A program made the position numbers and the translations under genes. Under the pieces are notes generated by a model, which did not search any database, had not been told where the DNA came from, and was given only the letters and a program-made list of their open reading frames with translations. DNA of 27,040 nucleotides, taken from a virus (lineage: Duplodnaviria; Caudoviricetes). This document shows, in pieces, positions 18,568 through 26,055 of the stretch; position 1 is the stretch's first letter; every line of letters begins with the position of its first letter. Location: the IMG/VR virus record IMGVR_UViG_3300012942_000120, positions 1 through 27,040 of that record. One strand, given 5' to 3'.

Positions 18568-18752
18568 CGCGCGCGAGCCTTCACGACGATCCCGATTGCC
18601 GCCACGGCGAGACCGAGAATGAATGTGGCGATGAAGCCGAGCCACAGCGGCGATGTCACCCACCACCATGACCACGTCGCGACCACGCCAATGCCCGCGA
18701 GTTTCAAGAACAGCAGAATCAGAAAAGCGAAACCGCCAAGACCGATCGTCAT
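18564..18752 (-). CDS. Small two-TM membrane protein
   Basis: MTIGLGGFAFLILLFLKLAGIGVVATWSWWWVTSPLWLG..., the LKL.G...WSWWWV..PLW motif common in phage membrane proteins. Confidence 0.75.
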   Translation of the reverse strand: MTIGLGGFAFLILLFLKLAGIGVVATWSWWWVTSPLWLGFIATFILGLAVAAIGIVVKARAR

Positions 18753-18910
18753 TGATTTTTCTCCCACTTCGAGGGGTTGAAGGTGCATACCTGGTGCCCC
18801 GGCACGAAAATGTGCTCGGGCTTGTGTGCGCAGTTGCGGTAGCCCTGCCGATACATCTTTTCGTAACCGCATGAGGTCGTCGCGTGCTTGCAGGTGCGGC
18901 ACGTGTTCAT
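18749..18910 (-). CDS. Small Cys-rich protein (53 aa)
   Basis: MNTCRTCKH...NCAH...VCTF. ATGA-coupled with the replication gene, GGAGG RBS. Confidence 0.65.
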   Translation of the reverse strand: MNTCRTCKHATTSCGYEKMYRQGYRNCAHKPEHIFVPGHQVCTFNPSKWEKNQ

Positions 18911-19911
18911 GCTGCCTCCGCGTGCGCAACCTGTTCGCGCGGAACGTCGTTGAAGTACGCGTAGAGCTGGATGTACACGCTCTCGGTGTCCTTGACGGAG
19001 CGCAACATTTCCTCCATCCATTCGCCAGGACCCGCGGCCTTGTACACGCGCGCCTTGAATCGCTGGAAGTGCTCGTCTGGCCGTTTCTCGATTCCAAGCT
19101 GTTTGGCGCGCGAGTCGATACCGCTCACCGACTTCCACCAGTCGGGTACAATCGACTGACCGGACGATACGGCAGGCGAATCGGCGCGGAGCGGAAACAG
19201 GCCTGTCCAGCCGCGCAACACCGCTTCGTCGATGCACGCCGCCGGCTCGTGGCCTAGCTCGCGCAGCTTCGCAAGTCGTCGGACAGACACACTCGCCGCC
19301 GGCCTCGTCCATGGTGCCGATTTCTCGGCAGCCTTCGCCTCCCGGTGTTCACACCAGTCGTGCCAGGCAGATCGTGGTAGCCAATCGGGTAAATCGAATT
19401 CGCGAAGTTCGACATGCAACGCAACTCGCGGCGCACGCCGCGCAGGTTGACGGTTCTCTGACGGTTCCATGGTGGTTCCTGACGAGTCGGGTGCAAAGCT
19501 ATTGCACCCTTTAGCGTCGTCATTTGCACCCTTTGTTGCGCCGTTTGCACCCTTTTCGTCGCCGTTTGCACCCTTCTCATTCGGTGCAGAATCTGCGCCC
19601 TTTGAGCCATCTGAAATGGGTGCAAGGTCTGCGCCCTTTATCCAGTCTGGATTGATGCGATATTCGCGGGCACGTCCACGTCCGCCACCTTGGTTCGCAA
19701 CAAGGATCAGCCAGCCCCGTTTGAGCATTCGTTTGATTTGGTATTGCACCGCGCGCTCAGACTGGCGCGTTTTTGCCGCCATCGTTTCGATGCTGGGAAA
19801 GATATGCGTGCCGTCGTCGTCTGCGTAATCTGCCAACTTCAAAGCCAGATTGAGCTCGCCACCACCTTCGGGGTATCGGTCCCACACCTTGTCCATTACC
19901 TTGATGCTCAT
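18907..19911 (-). CDS. Replication initiator (lambda O-like, N-terminal HTH)
   Basis: LKLADYADDDG..IFPSIETMAAKT..SERAVQYQI, internal iteron-derived KGAN repeats, C-terminal LPDWL...W..W..HR...GWTGLF. Confidence 0.85.
   Translation of the reverse strand: MSIKVMDKVWDRYPEGGGELNLALKLADYADDDGTHIFPSIETMAAKTRQSERAVQYQIKRMLKRGWLILVANQGGGRGRAREYRINPDWIKGADLAPISDGSKGADSAPNEKGANGDEKGANGATKGANDDAKGCNSFAPDSSGTTMEPSENRQPARRAPRVALHVELREFDLPDWLPRSAWHDWCEHREAKAAEKSAPWTRPAASVSVRRLAKLRELGHEPAACIDEAVLRGWTGLFPLRADSPAVSSGQSIVPDWWKSVSGIDSRAKQLGIEKRPDEHFQRFKARVYKAAGPGEWMEEMLRSVKDTESVYIQLYAYFNDVPREQVAHAEAA
19489..19638. repeat. Iterons of the putative replication origin
   Basis: TTGCACCCTT at 19502, 19524, 19545, 19566 (21-22 bp period), CTGCGCCCTT at 19593 and 19629, and inverted GGTGCA halves at about 19490, 19583 and 19619. 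Confidence 0.85.
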
Positions 19912-19918
19912 TGCCGCC

Positions 19919-20095
19919 TCAGTGGCCGCACGGCAGCTCGCCGCACAGATCAGCCCTGGTCTGGCACAACAGGCAGGTTGCCTGCTCGTGATCGATGCCG
20001 GCAGGCTGGATTTGCTCGGCTGACCATGCCGGCTCGCAGCGGAAGTGTTCGGTGAGGGTTTTCAGGATCACGCCCGGTTCGAGCTGCTCGTTCAT
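19919..20095 (-). CDS. Small hypothetical protein (58 aa, C-terminal CxxC...PCGH)
   Basis: Hand translated MNEQLEPGVILK...TCLLCQTRADLCGELPCGH. ATGA-coupled. Confidence 0.6.
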   Translation of the reverse strand: MNEQLEPGVILKTLTEHFRCEPAWSAEQIQPAGIDHEQATCLLCQTRADLCGELPCGH

Positions 20096-20955
20096 GCCGC
20101 CCTCGCCTGTTCGTCGAATGACGCCATGGCAGCCTTCGCGCCAGCGAGGCCCGGCAACGCCTCAACGGCGGGATCATCCAGACCGAGCACCCATCGGAGC
20201 GCTGCAGCACGATCGCCGGTCGCCGACTCGAGTTCGGCGAGGATCTGCTTTCTCGTGCGAAGGCGTCCCGCCGGCGAACCGAGAGCGGCCTTCTGGGCTC
20301 GCGAGCGCTCATGCCCCTGCTTGCCCTCAGCCGCGGCGATCAGCGCGGCAACCTTCGCGCGCTGCTCGTCTGGCTTGAGCCGCGCGAGACGCAGCGCGTG
20401 CGTCACAGTGATCTGGTCGCTTTCGAGTGCGTCGCGGACCGCGCCACAGCAATCCAGCAGGCGAAGCGACGAGCGCACCGTTTGCGGATCGACGCCAAAG
20501 TGAATGGCAATCGCCTCGTCGTCGTTGCCGATGTCGCGCATGCGCTGCATCTTCTCAGCGCGGTTGATGGCCGAGTCGTTACGCCGGATCTCGTTTGCCG
20601 ATGCCATCATCCCGGCGAGTTCGCCCTGCTTCGCCCGCTTCGGCAACGCCGGCACAAGAATCGGCTGCAGGCCCTCATCGCGCAGCCGCCGGTTCGCTTC
20701 GCGCGCGTTGATAACCCGGCGTCGGCCGTCGACTACGACCACCTGCCCCGTCTCTGGATCCTTGTGGACGATGATCGTTTCCAACACCCCGTGATGCCGG
20801 ATGTTGCGCACCATCGCCTCATCGGGCGGCAGGTGCACGCGGCGGTCATAGAGCGCATGCGTCTCGTCGGTGATGAGCGTCAGCGCGTCCGGATCGAAAA
20901 ACAGAACGTTGCTCTTGCCCGCCGCGCCGTAGGCGTCGATGGAATTTTTAGCCAT
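20092..20955 (-). CDS. ParB/Srx N-terminal domain protein
   Basis: From ATG 20955: NIRHHGVLETIIV...VVVDGRRR (ParB Arg patch)...ANEIR, followed by an HTH (IAIHFGVDPQTVR). Confidence 0.85.
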   Translation of the reverse strand: MAKNSIDAYGAAGKSNVLFFDPDALTLITDETHALYDRRVHLPPDEAMVRNIRHHGVLETIIVHKDPETGQVVVVDGRRRVINAREANRRLRDEGLQPILVPALPKRAKQGELAGMMASANEIRRNDSAINRAEKMQRMRDIGNDDEAIAIHFGVDPQTVRSSLRLLDCCGAVRDALESDQITVTHALRLARLKPDEQRAKVAALIAAAEGKQGHERSRAQKAALGSPAGRLRTRKQILAELESATGDRAAALRWVLGLDDPAVEALPGLAGAKAAMASFDEQARAA

Positions 20956-21220
20956 TTCGTGGGAGCCCAAGGGTTTCGTTGAAAACGCCGGTCGCTGCGC
21001 ATTTCTGCTCGCCACGCACCGCGAGCGCTTCGTCGTCGAGCAACTCGCGCACACGGCCACAGACGCTGGACAGGCGCAGATTTGTGCGGTCGGCGATCTC
21101 CTGACGCGTGAGTGTCATGACCGGGCTATAAAACAGATCGAGAATCACCTGCTTCTGCGTGCGGCGCAGGCCGCCGTCGAGCGCATCGTGAGCTGCGCGC
21201 TGGGTATGCGTGCTTCGCAT
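20948..21220 (-). CDS. HTH-domain hypothetical protein
   Basis: LTRQEIADRTNLRLSSVCGRVREL. Confidence 0.75.
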   Translation of the reverse strand: MRSTHTQRAAHDALDGGLRRTQKQVILDLFYSPVMTLTRQEIADRTNLRLSSVCGRVRELLDDEALAVRGEQKCAATGVFNETLGLPRNG

Positions 21221-21225
21221 GTGGT

Positions 21226-21666
21226 TTACTCCGCCATGCCGCGCAGGCGCGCAGCGATGTTGAACAGCACCTGCGCGTGCTTGAAAATGCGGCCTTCCAC
21301 GCGCTCCACTTCCTTATGCTCGACGCGGCCATCCTCCAGCGTCTTGCAAATTTCCTTGCCTACCAGCCCGTGTGTCGACCAGGCTTCGCCCATCAGCTCG
21401 ACGATCGCGGCGTCGGTACACCCTTCCACGTCCGGCAGATGAACGAGCGCATAGCCCCGATCGCGCGCCCATGCCTCAAGAACGCGGTCGTCATCGGCCA
21501 TGTCCGTGATCTGCACGGCGTCCATCAGCGTGGCCTTGTGCGTATCCGTGTTCGGATTGACCTTGCTCCGCAGCACGGCCGCGGACATGCCGAGGCGTGG
21601 CGCGAGTGATTCGCAGCCGCCTTTGTAGTCGTGCGCAACCGCGCGAAGAGTGTCAAGGATGTTCAA
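21226..21666 (-). CDS. Phage regulatory CII-family protein
   Basis: TTG start at 21666 with GGAG RBS. (M)NILD...AHDYKGGCESLAPRLGMSAAVLRSKVNPNTDTH...LEDGRV..KE. Confidence 0.8.
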   Translation of the reverse strand: MNILDTLRAVAHDYKGGCESLAPRLGMSAAVLRSKVNPNTDTHKATLMDAVQITDMADDDRVLEAWARDRGYALVHLPDVEGCTDAAIVELMGEAWSTHGLVGKEICKTLEDGRVEHKEVERVEGRIFKHAQVLFNIAARLRGMAE

Positions 21667-21874
21667 TTGCCGCTCCACACAAACGTGTTTTGTCCCCGTC
21701 AGTACAACTAAAGTCACCTTGGACAACAACGAAACGGGAAACAAGAAAAATGAAATCGTCGATGCCGGGCACTACCGGGACTTCGGGTCGCACCAGTACG
21801 ACCTTTTCGGATCGAGGCGCGGGGGCTCGCCTCGCATCCGGTTCGCGTGCTCCGCTCTATGGAGCCGCGCAAAC

Positions 21875-22183
21875 TCAAGCAGCGTCAGCAGCCAATGCGC
21901 AATCCGCATCGCTTTCCTCGCTGCTCTTGCTCGTCGCGCTCGCGCCGCTGTTCGTACACTGAGCGAGCGCAGCGCGCGCCTCCTCGACCGTCATCACGAA
22001 GCCGCCGTGCGCGACACCCGACCTCGGCTGAACCATGAATCGGCGCTTCGACAGCGTTTCGTCGTTCCCGCTCTCGACGTGAAGCGCGTCGGGGCACTCC
22101 CGGCGGATGATCTCGGTCGCTGCGGCAATACCGCCGTGGTTCGCGGCGTTGCGCAGCATTTGCTGGTGGTGCGGAAGGTGCAT
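21875..22183 (-). CDS. Hypothetical protein (102 aa)
   Basis: ATG 22183 with GGAG RBS. MHLPHHQQMLRNAA... Confidence 0.55.
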   Translation of the reverse strand: MHLPHHQQMLRNAANHGGIAAATEIIRRECPDALHVESGNDETLSKRRFMVQPRSGVAHGGFVMTVEEARAALAQCTNSGASATSKSSEESDADCALAADAA

Positions 22184-22271
22184 AAATGCTCCGTGGTTAT
22201 AGGGGCGAGGACACCGGCTTTCGCCTGTAGACTTGGCAGTTCTCACACAACCACGATCTACGGGGATCCTC

Positions 22272-22541
22272 ATGGAAGACAAAATCGAAAAACTCGTTTC
22301 CGCTGTCGAGAAGATGCAGCCAATACTGCAATACCTCGTCGCAGAGAACGCCGCGATGGCTGCCATCATCCGGTCGCTCGGCACTGCCAATCGGGACAAT
22401 GCTGCATTTCAAGCCGCACTCAAGACAGAGGCAGAAATCCGCAATGTTCGGCAACTGAACAGCGCTATGTCCGACGACGACATCGCTGCATTCAAGAAAT
22501 CTCTGGCGTCGTTGCTGCCGAAGCAACCTCTCGAGCTTTAA
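22272..22541 (+). CDS. Hypothetical helical protein (moron, antisense to the PR operon)
   Basis: GGGGA RBS, MEDKIEKLVSAVEKMQ..., 89 aa. Confidence 0.65.
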   Translation: MEDKIEKLVSAVEKMQPILQYLVAENAAMAAIIRSLGTANRDNAAFQAALKTEAEIRNVRQLNSAMSDDDIAAFKKSLASLLPKQPLEL

Positions 22542-22734
22542 GCTCTCGTGAAATGGCGGCCTCGTTTGCTGTAGTGGCCGCCGCCAACGTGTCGATGCGA
22601 TCGCCGAGCGGGTCGATCCAGCTCAAATTGGAGACGATCTCTCGGTTCGGTAGTTCCATTCCACCCACGCCGGGCTGGTGTCGCTCAAGCAACGAGATCA
22701 GCCTGGCGTACAGGCGTGCATACAGGTTCTTCAT
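22492..22734 (-). CDS. Hypothetical protein following cro
   Basis: GGAGG upstream. MKNLYARLYARLISLL... The 3' end overlaps the plus-strand moron. Confidence 0.45.
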   Translation of the reverse strand: MKNLYARLYARLISLLERHQPGVGGMELPNREIVSNLSWIDPLGDRIDTLAAATTANEAAISRELKAREVASAATTPEIS

Positions 22735-22765
22735 TTCAGGCTGCCTCCGGTTATGCAGCGGCTTG

Positions 22766-23005
22766 TTAGCAAGATGGATTCGCGCGTGCGGCAACTTCCA
22801 CGGTTTGCCGGTCGCCGTTCTTTTCAGAAAGTACGGCGTCGTGCAGCCGCTTGAGTTTTGACATCACCTCGTAGGACACCCGCTTACCCCGTCGCCCTGT
22901 GTGGATCGCGGACACGGTGGACTGATCGACGCCACTCAGGCGCTCAATCTCCATCTGTGTCAATCCGCGCTGCATCAGGTCGGCAATCATCAGTTGAGCG
23001 TTCAT
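22766..23005 (-). CDS. cro: Cro-like HTH repressor
   Basis: 79 aa, GLTQMEIERLSGVDQSTVSAI. Divergent from cI. Confidence 0.85.
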   Translation of the reverse strand: MNAQLMIADLMQRGLTQMEIERLSGVDQSTVSAIHTGRRGKRVSYEVMSKLKRLHDAVLSEKNGDRQTVEVAARANPSC

Positions 23006-23012
23006 GGACACG

Positions 23013-23041
23013 AGAATATTACATTGGGACTTGGATAACAA
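23013..23041 (-). promoter_or_regulatory. PR promoter
   Basis: TTGTTA, 17 nt, TATTCT, then 7 nt to the cro ATG. Overlapped by operators. Confidence 0.65.
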
Positions 23042-23078
23042 GTCCCAATGGAATGGCGCGATCAATTACGATTGCAAT
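23018..23078. promoter_or_regulatory. OR: three 14-bp operators plus the PRM -10
   Basis: ATTACATTGGGACT (23018-31), AGTCCCAATGGAAT (23041-54), ATTACGATTGCAAT (23065-78). Consensus ATTmCA-NN-TGkAAT. TACGAT at 23067-72 lies 6 nt before the cI ATG. Confidence 0.8.
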
Positions 23079-23780
23079 ATGAAAACTTTGGCGGAAAGAG
23101 TTAAGGCGCGCCGCCTGGAGCGGGGCATGACGCAGGGCGAGCTCGCAAAAGCCGCGGGCGTATCGCAATCGACGATCGCACACGTGGAGTCCGGCCGAAA
23201 TGAGGGTACGAAGCACATCGCCAAGATTGCTCGCGCCCTTAATGAGACCACCGAATGGCTCGACGGACCGGCAAAAAATTCTAACGCTCGATCAAGGCCC
23301 GCAAAGTCCGGTAATTCCGACGTTCAGCCTCCATCACCTTTGCAGTATCCTGTCAGCACAAAGAATGTGCGTCATGTGTTCGTCATAGGGCGCGCTCAAG
23401 CAGGACTACCTGAGAGAATTTGGACTGACGGGGACTATCCAGTGGGGGCAGCAAACGAGTACGCGGAAATAGCCACTGGCGATAGCCAGGCCTTTATAGT
23501 TCCGGTGGTTGGCGACTCAATGTCTCCCAAATACGAGCCGGGTGAGTTTGCGCTTGTCGAACCGGAGACTCCGCCAGAAGTCGGCGAGGACGTTCTCGTG
23601 AGGCTCGCGGATGGGCGGACGCTCTTAAAGCGTCTTTATCGGCGCTTGGGCGCGGTGATCGTCCTGAAGAACCTGAACCCCTCTAAGGCTGAGGAATTTT
23701 CGTTCGAGCCGAACGAGGTCACGTGGATGTATTACGTTGCTCACCCCGTGCCAGCACGAAAAATAAAAATGCGCATGTGA
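23079..23780 (+). CDS. cI: CI-like repressor (XRE HTH plus S24 autopeptidase)
   Basis: MKTLAERVKARRLERGMTQGELAKAAGVSQSTIAHVESG, AQAG cleavage site, GDSM (Ser), LKRL (Lys). Confidence 0.95.
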   Translation: MKTLAERVKARRLERGMTQGELAKAAGVSQSTIAHVESGRNEGTKHIAKIARALNETTEWLDGPAKNSNARSRPAKSGNSDVQPPSPLQYPVSTKNVRHVFVIGRAQAGLPERIWTDGDYPVGAANEYAEIATGDSQAFIVPVVGDSMSPKYEPGEFALVEPETPPEVGEDVLVRLADGRTLLKRLYRRLGAVIVLKNLNPSKAEEFSFEPNEVTWMYYVAHPVPARKIKMRM

Positions 23781-23894
23781 AACATTGCATCGCTTCTGTC
23801 CGGGACGCGAACAGCAGAAGTTTGGCCGCAAAGAGAACCATCAACGGCCGCAGAGGGCCGGCCACCCGTCCGCGGTCAATAAAACAATATTTCT

Positions 23895-24545
23895 ATGACA
23901 AAAACAGCTATTGCCGTTTGCCTCGGGGCGGTGGTCCTTTCGGGCTGCTCGATGGCATGGGGCGTTCATCAGTCACTCCCGTATGCACCGCAAGTAAGCG
24001 GCGCACTCAGTACATCTGGGCATGTGGATGTGTATCGCGACGGCGATCGACCGCGGCGGCCCATCATTCTCATTGCAAAGTTGGGCGCGAACGGCAACGG
24101 GTATGCCACAGACGACACGCTCGTGAAAACGCTCGTCAAGGAAGCGCAGAAGGTGGACGCGGACTGTCTCGTCATCACCAATAGCTCGGTCTCAAGGGAT
24201 GAAACCGTTGGATCCTATGGGGGCGGCCTGCTCTTCACAAGCCAGATCAAGCGCCCTCACCTATATGGCATAGCTTGCAAATATTCGAAAGTGATCGCCG
24301 GCTTGAATGCAGATAAGAACGGGCTGGTGGGTTACGTTCCGAGCGGCACCCCAGCCGCCCGCGCGGGCATCGTCGAAGGGGACAAATTGCTGGCCCTAAA
24401 TGGTGAGGCAATCACAAGTTCGCCCTACGTCGCCGAGCGGGAGGTCTCGCTCAAAAGCCCTGGCGACAAGGTGACAGTTGATTACCTGGATAAAAATGGG
24501 GAAAAGCACACCACAGTGCTGACTCTCGACGCCGCTCCGCAATAA
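23895..24545 (+). CDS. PDZ-domain lipoprotein (immunity-region moron)
   Basis: Signal peptide with lipobox LSGC. C-terminal PDZ (GTPAARAGIVEGDKLLALNG...PGDKVTV). N-terminal domain with LVKEAQKVDADCLV. Confidence 0.8.
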   Translation: MTKTAIAVCLGAVVLSGCSMAWGVHQSLPYAPQVSGALSTSGHVDVYRDGDRPRRPIILIAKLGANGNGYATDDTLVKTLVKEAQKVDADCLVITNSSVSRDETVGSYGGGLLFTSQIKRPHLYGIACKYSKVIAGLNADKNGLVGYVPSGTPAARAGIVEGDKLLALNGEAITSSPYVAEREVSLKSPGDKVTVDYLDKNGEKHTTVLTLDAAPQ

Positions 24546-24569
24546 GCAGCCCTCGCACCACGCTCATCG

Positions 24570-24594
24570 AAGCCCCGCCAGTCGGGGCTTTTTC
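24570..24594 (+). terminator. Intrinsic terminator ending the cI-lipoprotein unit
   Basis: AAGCCCCG-CCAGT-CGGGGCTT-TTT. Confidence 0.85.
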
Positions 24595-24645
24595 ACTGCT
24601 ACTCCCCGATGCGTTCTCAGCGCCCGTAGACGTGCCTCAAATTTA

Positions 24646-24687
24646 ATTACATATGGACTTGACCAATCAACATTCCATTTGTAATAT
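24646..24687 (+). promoter_or_regulatory. PL promoter with two OL operators
   Basis: TTGACC (24659-64), 17 nt, TAATAT (24682-87). Operators ATTACATATGGACT (24646-59) and ATTCCATTTGTAAT (24672-85) match the OR consensus. Confidence 0.85.
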
Positions 24688-24753
24688 CCCTCTCACGCAC
24701 TCACCGAACCCCTCGGCGGATGCTGACAGGAGATAGGGATGCAGGACTGGAGG

Positions 24754-25077
24754 CTACTGACGATCGAGCACGGTCGACGAATCATTGAGGCCGAGTACAG
24801 CGAAGGTCGCTTTACGGGATTCACTTCCCGGGCAAAGCAGGATGACCAAGTCGCCGCCCTTGGCTTGAGAGAATGGTTCGGCGATCTGCTTCGCAGCTTT
24901 GCGGGGCTTGTCGACGGGCGCGATATGAATGGCTCCGCTCACATCCAGATTATCAAGGTCTCCGATGTCCCCGAGGGAGCGACCGTCACGAACAACGACC
25001 GTGAGCGTCTTCCCATCGACGATGCACGTGAATCGGTCGCGGTGCGGTCCAAAGTGTCTTGTGCTGGTGATTTTCAT
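24754..25077 (-). CDS. Hypothetical protein (alternative: antiparallel plus ORF 24739-25146)
   Basis: The minus frame reads like a globular alpha/beta protein (KGGDLVILLCPG). Start uncertain (25077-25155). The plus ORF has an AGGAG RBS but shadow-like composition. Confidence 0.5.
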   Translation of the reverse strand: MKITSTRHFGPHRDRFTCIVDGKTLTVVVRDGRSLGDIGDLDNLDVSGAIHIAPVDKPRKAAKQIAEPFSQAKGGDLVILLCPGSESRKATFAVLGLNDSSTVLDRQ

Positions 25078-25283
25078 TTTGATCTGGATTTGCTTGGTCT
25101 CATGGTCAGAAATGGGCGCAAGGTCAGCCTGTATTTCCACGGTTGACCATATCACACAGTTTTGAGCGGGAGCGTTTCGGCAAGAAGTCGTCGCGGCGAC
25201 TCTAAATAGCCCGTATCCAGTCTCCGTAGTATGGGCGAAACGTTCCCGCTGAAAGCTGTGAATAACAGATTTTTAGGATAACT

Positions 25284-25436
25284 ATGAACCGGGTTGCTTG
25301 TGATAACGCCCTGCTCGCCTCGTGTGATCGGCTTCATGGTCGTGCCGTCCGCGCGATCGGCGTGATGCTCATGTGTGGCGTCGCGATCGGCTGTGTGTGG
25401 TTCCTCTGCGTCGCATGGCGCGCAGGGGTTCTGTGA
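25284..25436 (+). CDS. Small single-TM protein (50 aa)
   Basis: AGGA RBS. MNRVACDNALLASCDRLHGRAVRAIGVMLMCGVAIGCVWFLCVAWRAGVL. Confidence 0.65.
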   Translation: MNRVACDNALLASCDRLHGRAVRAIGVMLMCGVAIGCVWFLCVAWRAGVL

Positions 25437-25561
25437 TGCGCTCGGCGATCAGGGTCTGGCTCGGCGCGGCCGTTGCAGTGGCGATCTATCTGCTCGCATG
25501 CTCGTTGCTGGATCAGCAAGCCGCCAAAGTCGAACGCTGCAGCGTCGTTCGCTGCACCTGA
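25436..25561 (+). CDS. Small single-TM protein (41 aa)
   Basis: TGATG-coupled. MRSAIRVWLGAAVAVAIYLLACSLLDQQAAKVERCSVVRCT. Confidence 0.65.
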   Translation: MRSAIRVWLGAAVAVAIYLLACSLLDQQAAKVERCSVVRCT

Positions 25562-25580
25562 ATCTTGAAAGGAGTCAACC

Positions 25581-25751
25581 ATGCACATCCTGTTTCCATG
25601 CTTAATAGTCCTCATTGTTTTGGTCGTTGGGTTCTCGATGGGATTCGTAGCGGGGTCCTTCTGGACTGCAGTTGCGCGGGTTGATGACTTCGGCCGGGAT
25701 CGTAGCTCGATGATGGACGACGCAGCACCCTATCCGCGCGCGTGGGAGTGA
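25581..25751 (+). CDS. Small single-TM protein (56 aa)
   Basis: AAGGAG RBS. MHILFPCLIVLIVLVVGFSMGFVAGSFWTAVARVDD... Confidence 0.65.
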   Translation: MHILFPCLIVLIVLVVGFSMGFVAGSFWTAVARVDDFGRDRSSMMDDAAPYPRAWE

Positions 25752-25755
25752 ATGC

Positions 25756-26055
25756 ATGGGCTGCCATGTCCGTTGCCGCCATTGCGAGGCACGCCGCTGT
25801 CTTAAAAGAAACCCGGAGCAGTACGAGCGCTGCCCCCCCTGCCGCGTGTGCGGGCGAACGAATTGGCGTGTGGATCGGTGGATGAATCGACGCAATACGA
25901 CGCTGACAGCGTGCGCGTGCGCCGGTTACTGGTTTCCACATCGGCGCGGGTCGCTGTTCTGCTGGCATCGAGCAGATGGTTCAAATCGATTCCCCGGTGA
26001 TACGGATTTTGCAGACCGCAACTACGAGCCCGAATTGAGCGACGCAGTTGCATAG
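25756..26055 (+). CDS. Cys/His-rich putative Zn-finger protein
   Basis: RCRHC...PCRVCG...WRVD...CACAGYWFPHRRGSLFC. Confidence 0.75.
   Translation: MGCHVRCRHCEARRCLKRNPEQYERCPPCRVCGRTNWRVDRWMNRRNTTLTACACAGYWFPHRRGSLFCWHRADGSNRFPGDTDFADRNYEPELSDAVA

Noticed and set aside
19489-19638. CRISPR-like array
   Set aside because: The repeats are about 10 bp with a 21-22 bp period inside the initiator gene, which fits iterons.
21761-21841. tRNA gene (cloverleaf-like hairpins)
   Set aside because: No T-loop GTTCRA, D-loop or 7-bp acceptor stem geometry.
21650-22861. 403-aa plus-strand ORF, and other long antisense ORFs such as 8837-9688, 6137-6919 and 20311-20982
   Set aside because: Shadow frames of GC-rich genes on the opposite strand, with no motifs and overlapping better-supported genes.
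25172-25243. Hammerhead ribozyme (a stem followed by GAAAC in a three-way junction)
   Set aside because: The core would need CUGANGA but reads CUAAAUA, and extra bases separate the would-be cleavage triplet from stem I.
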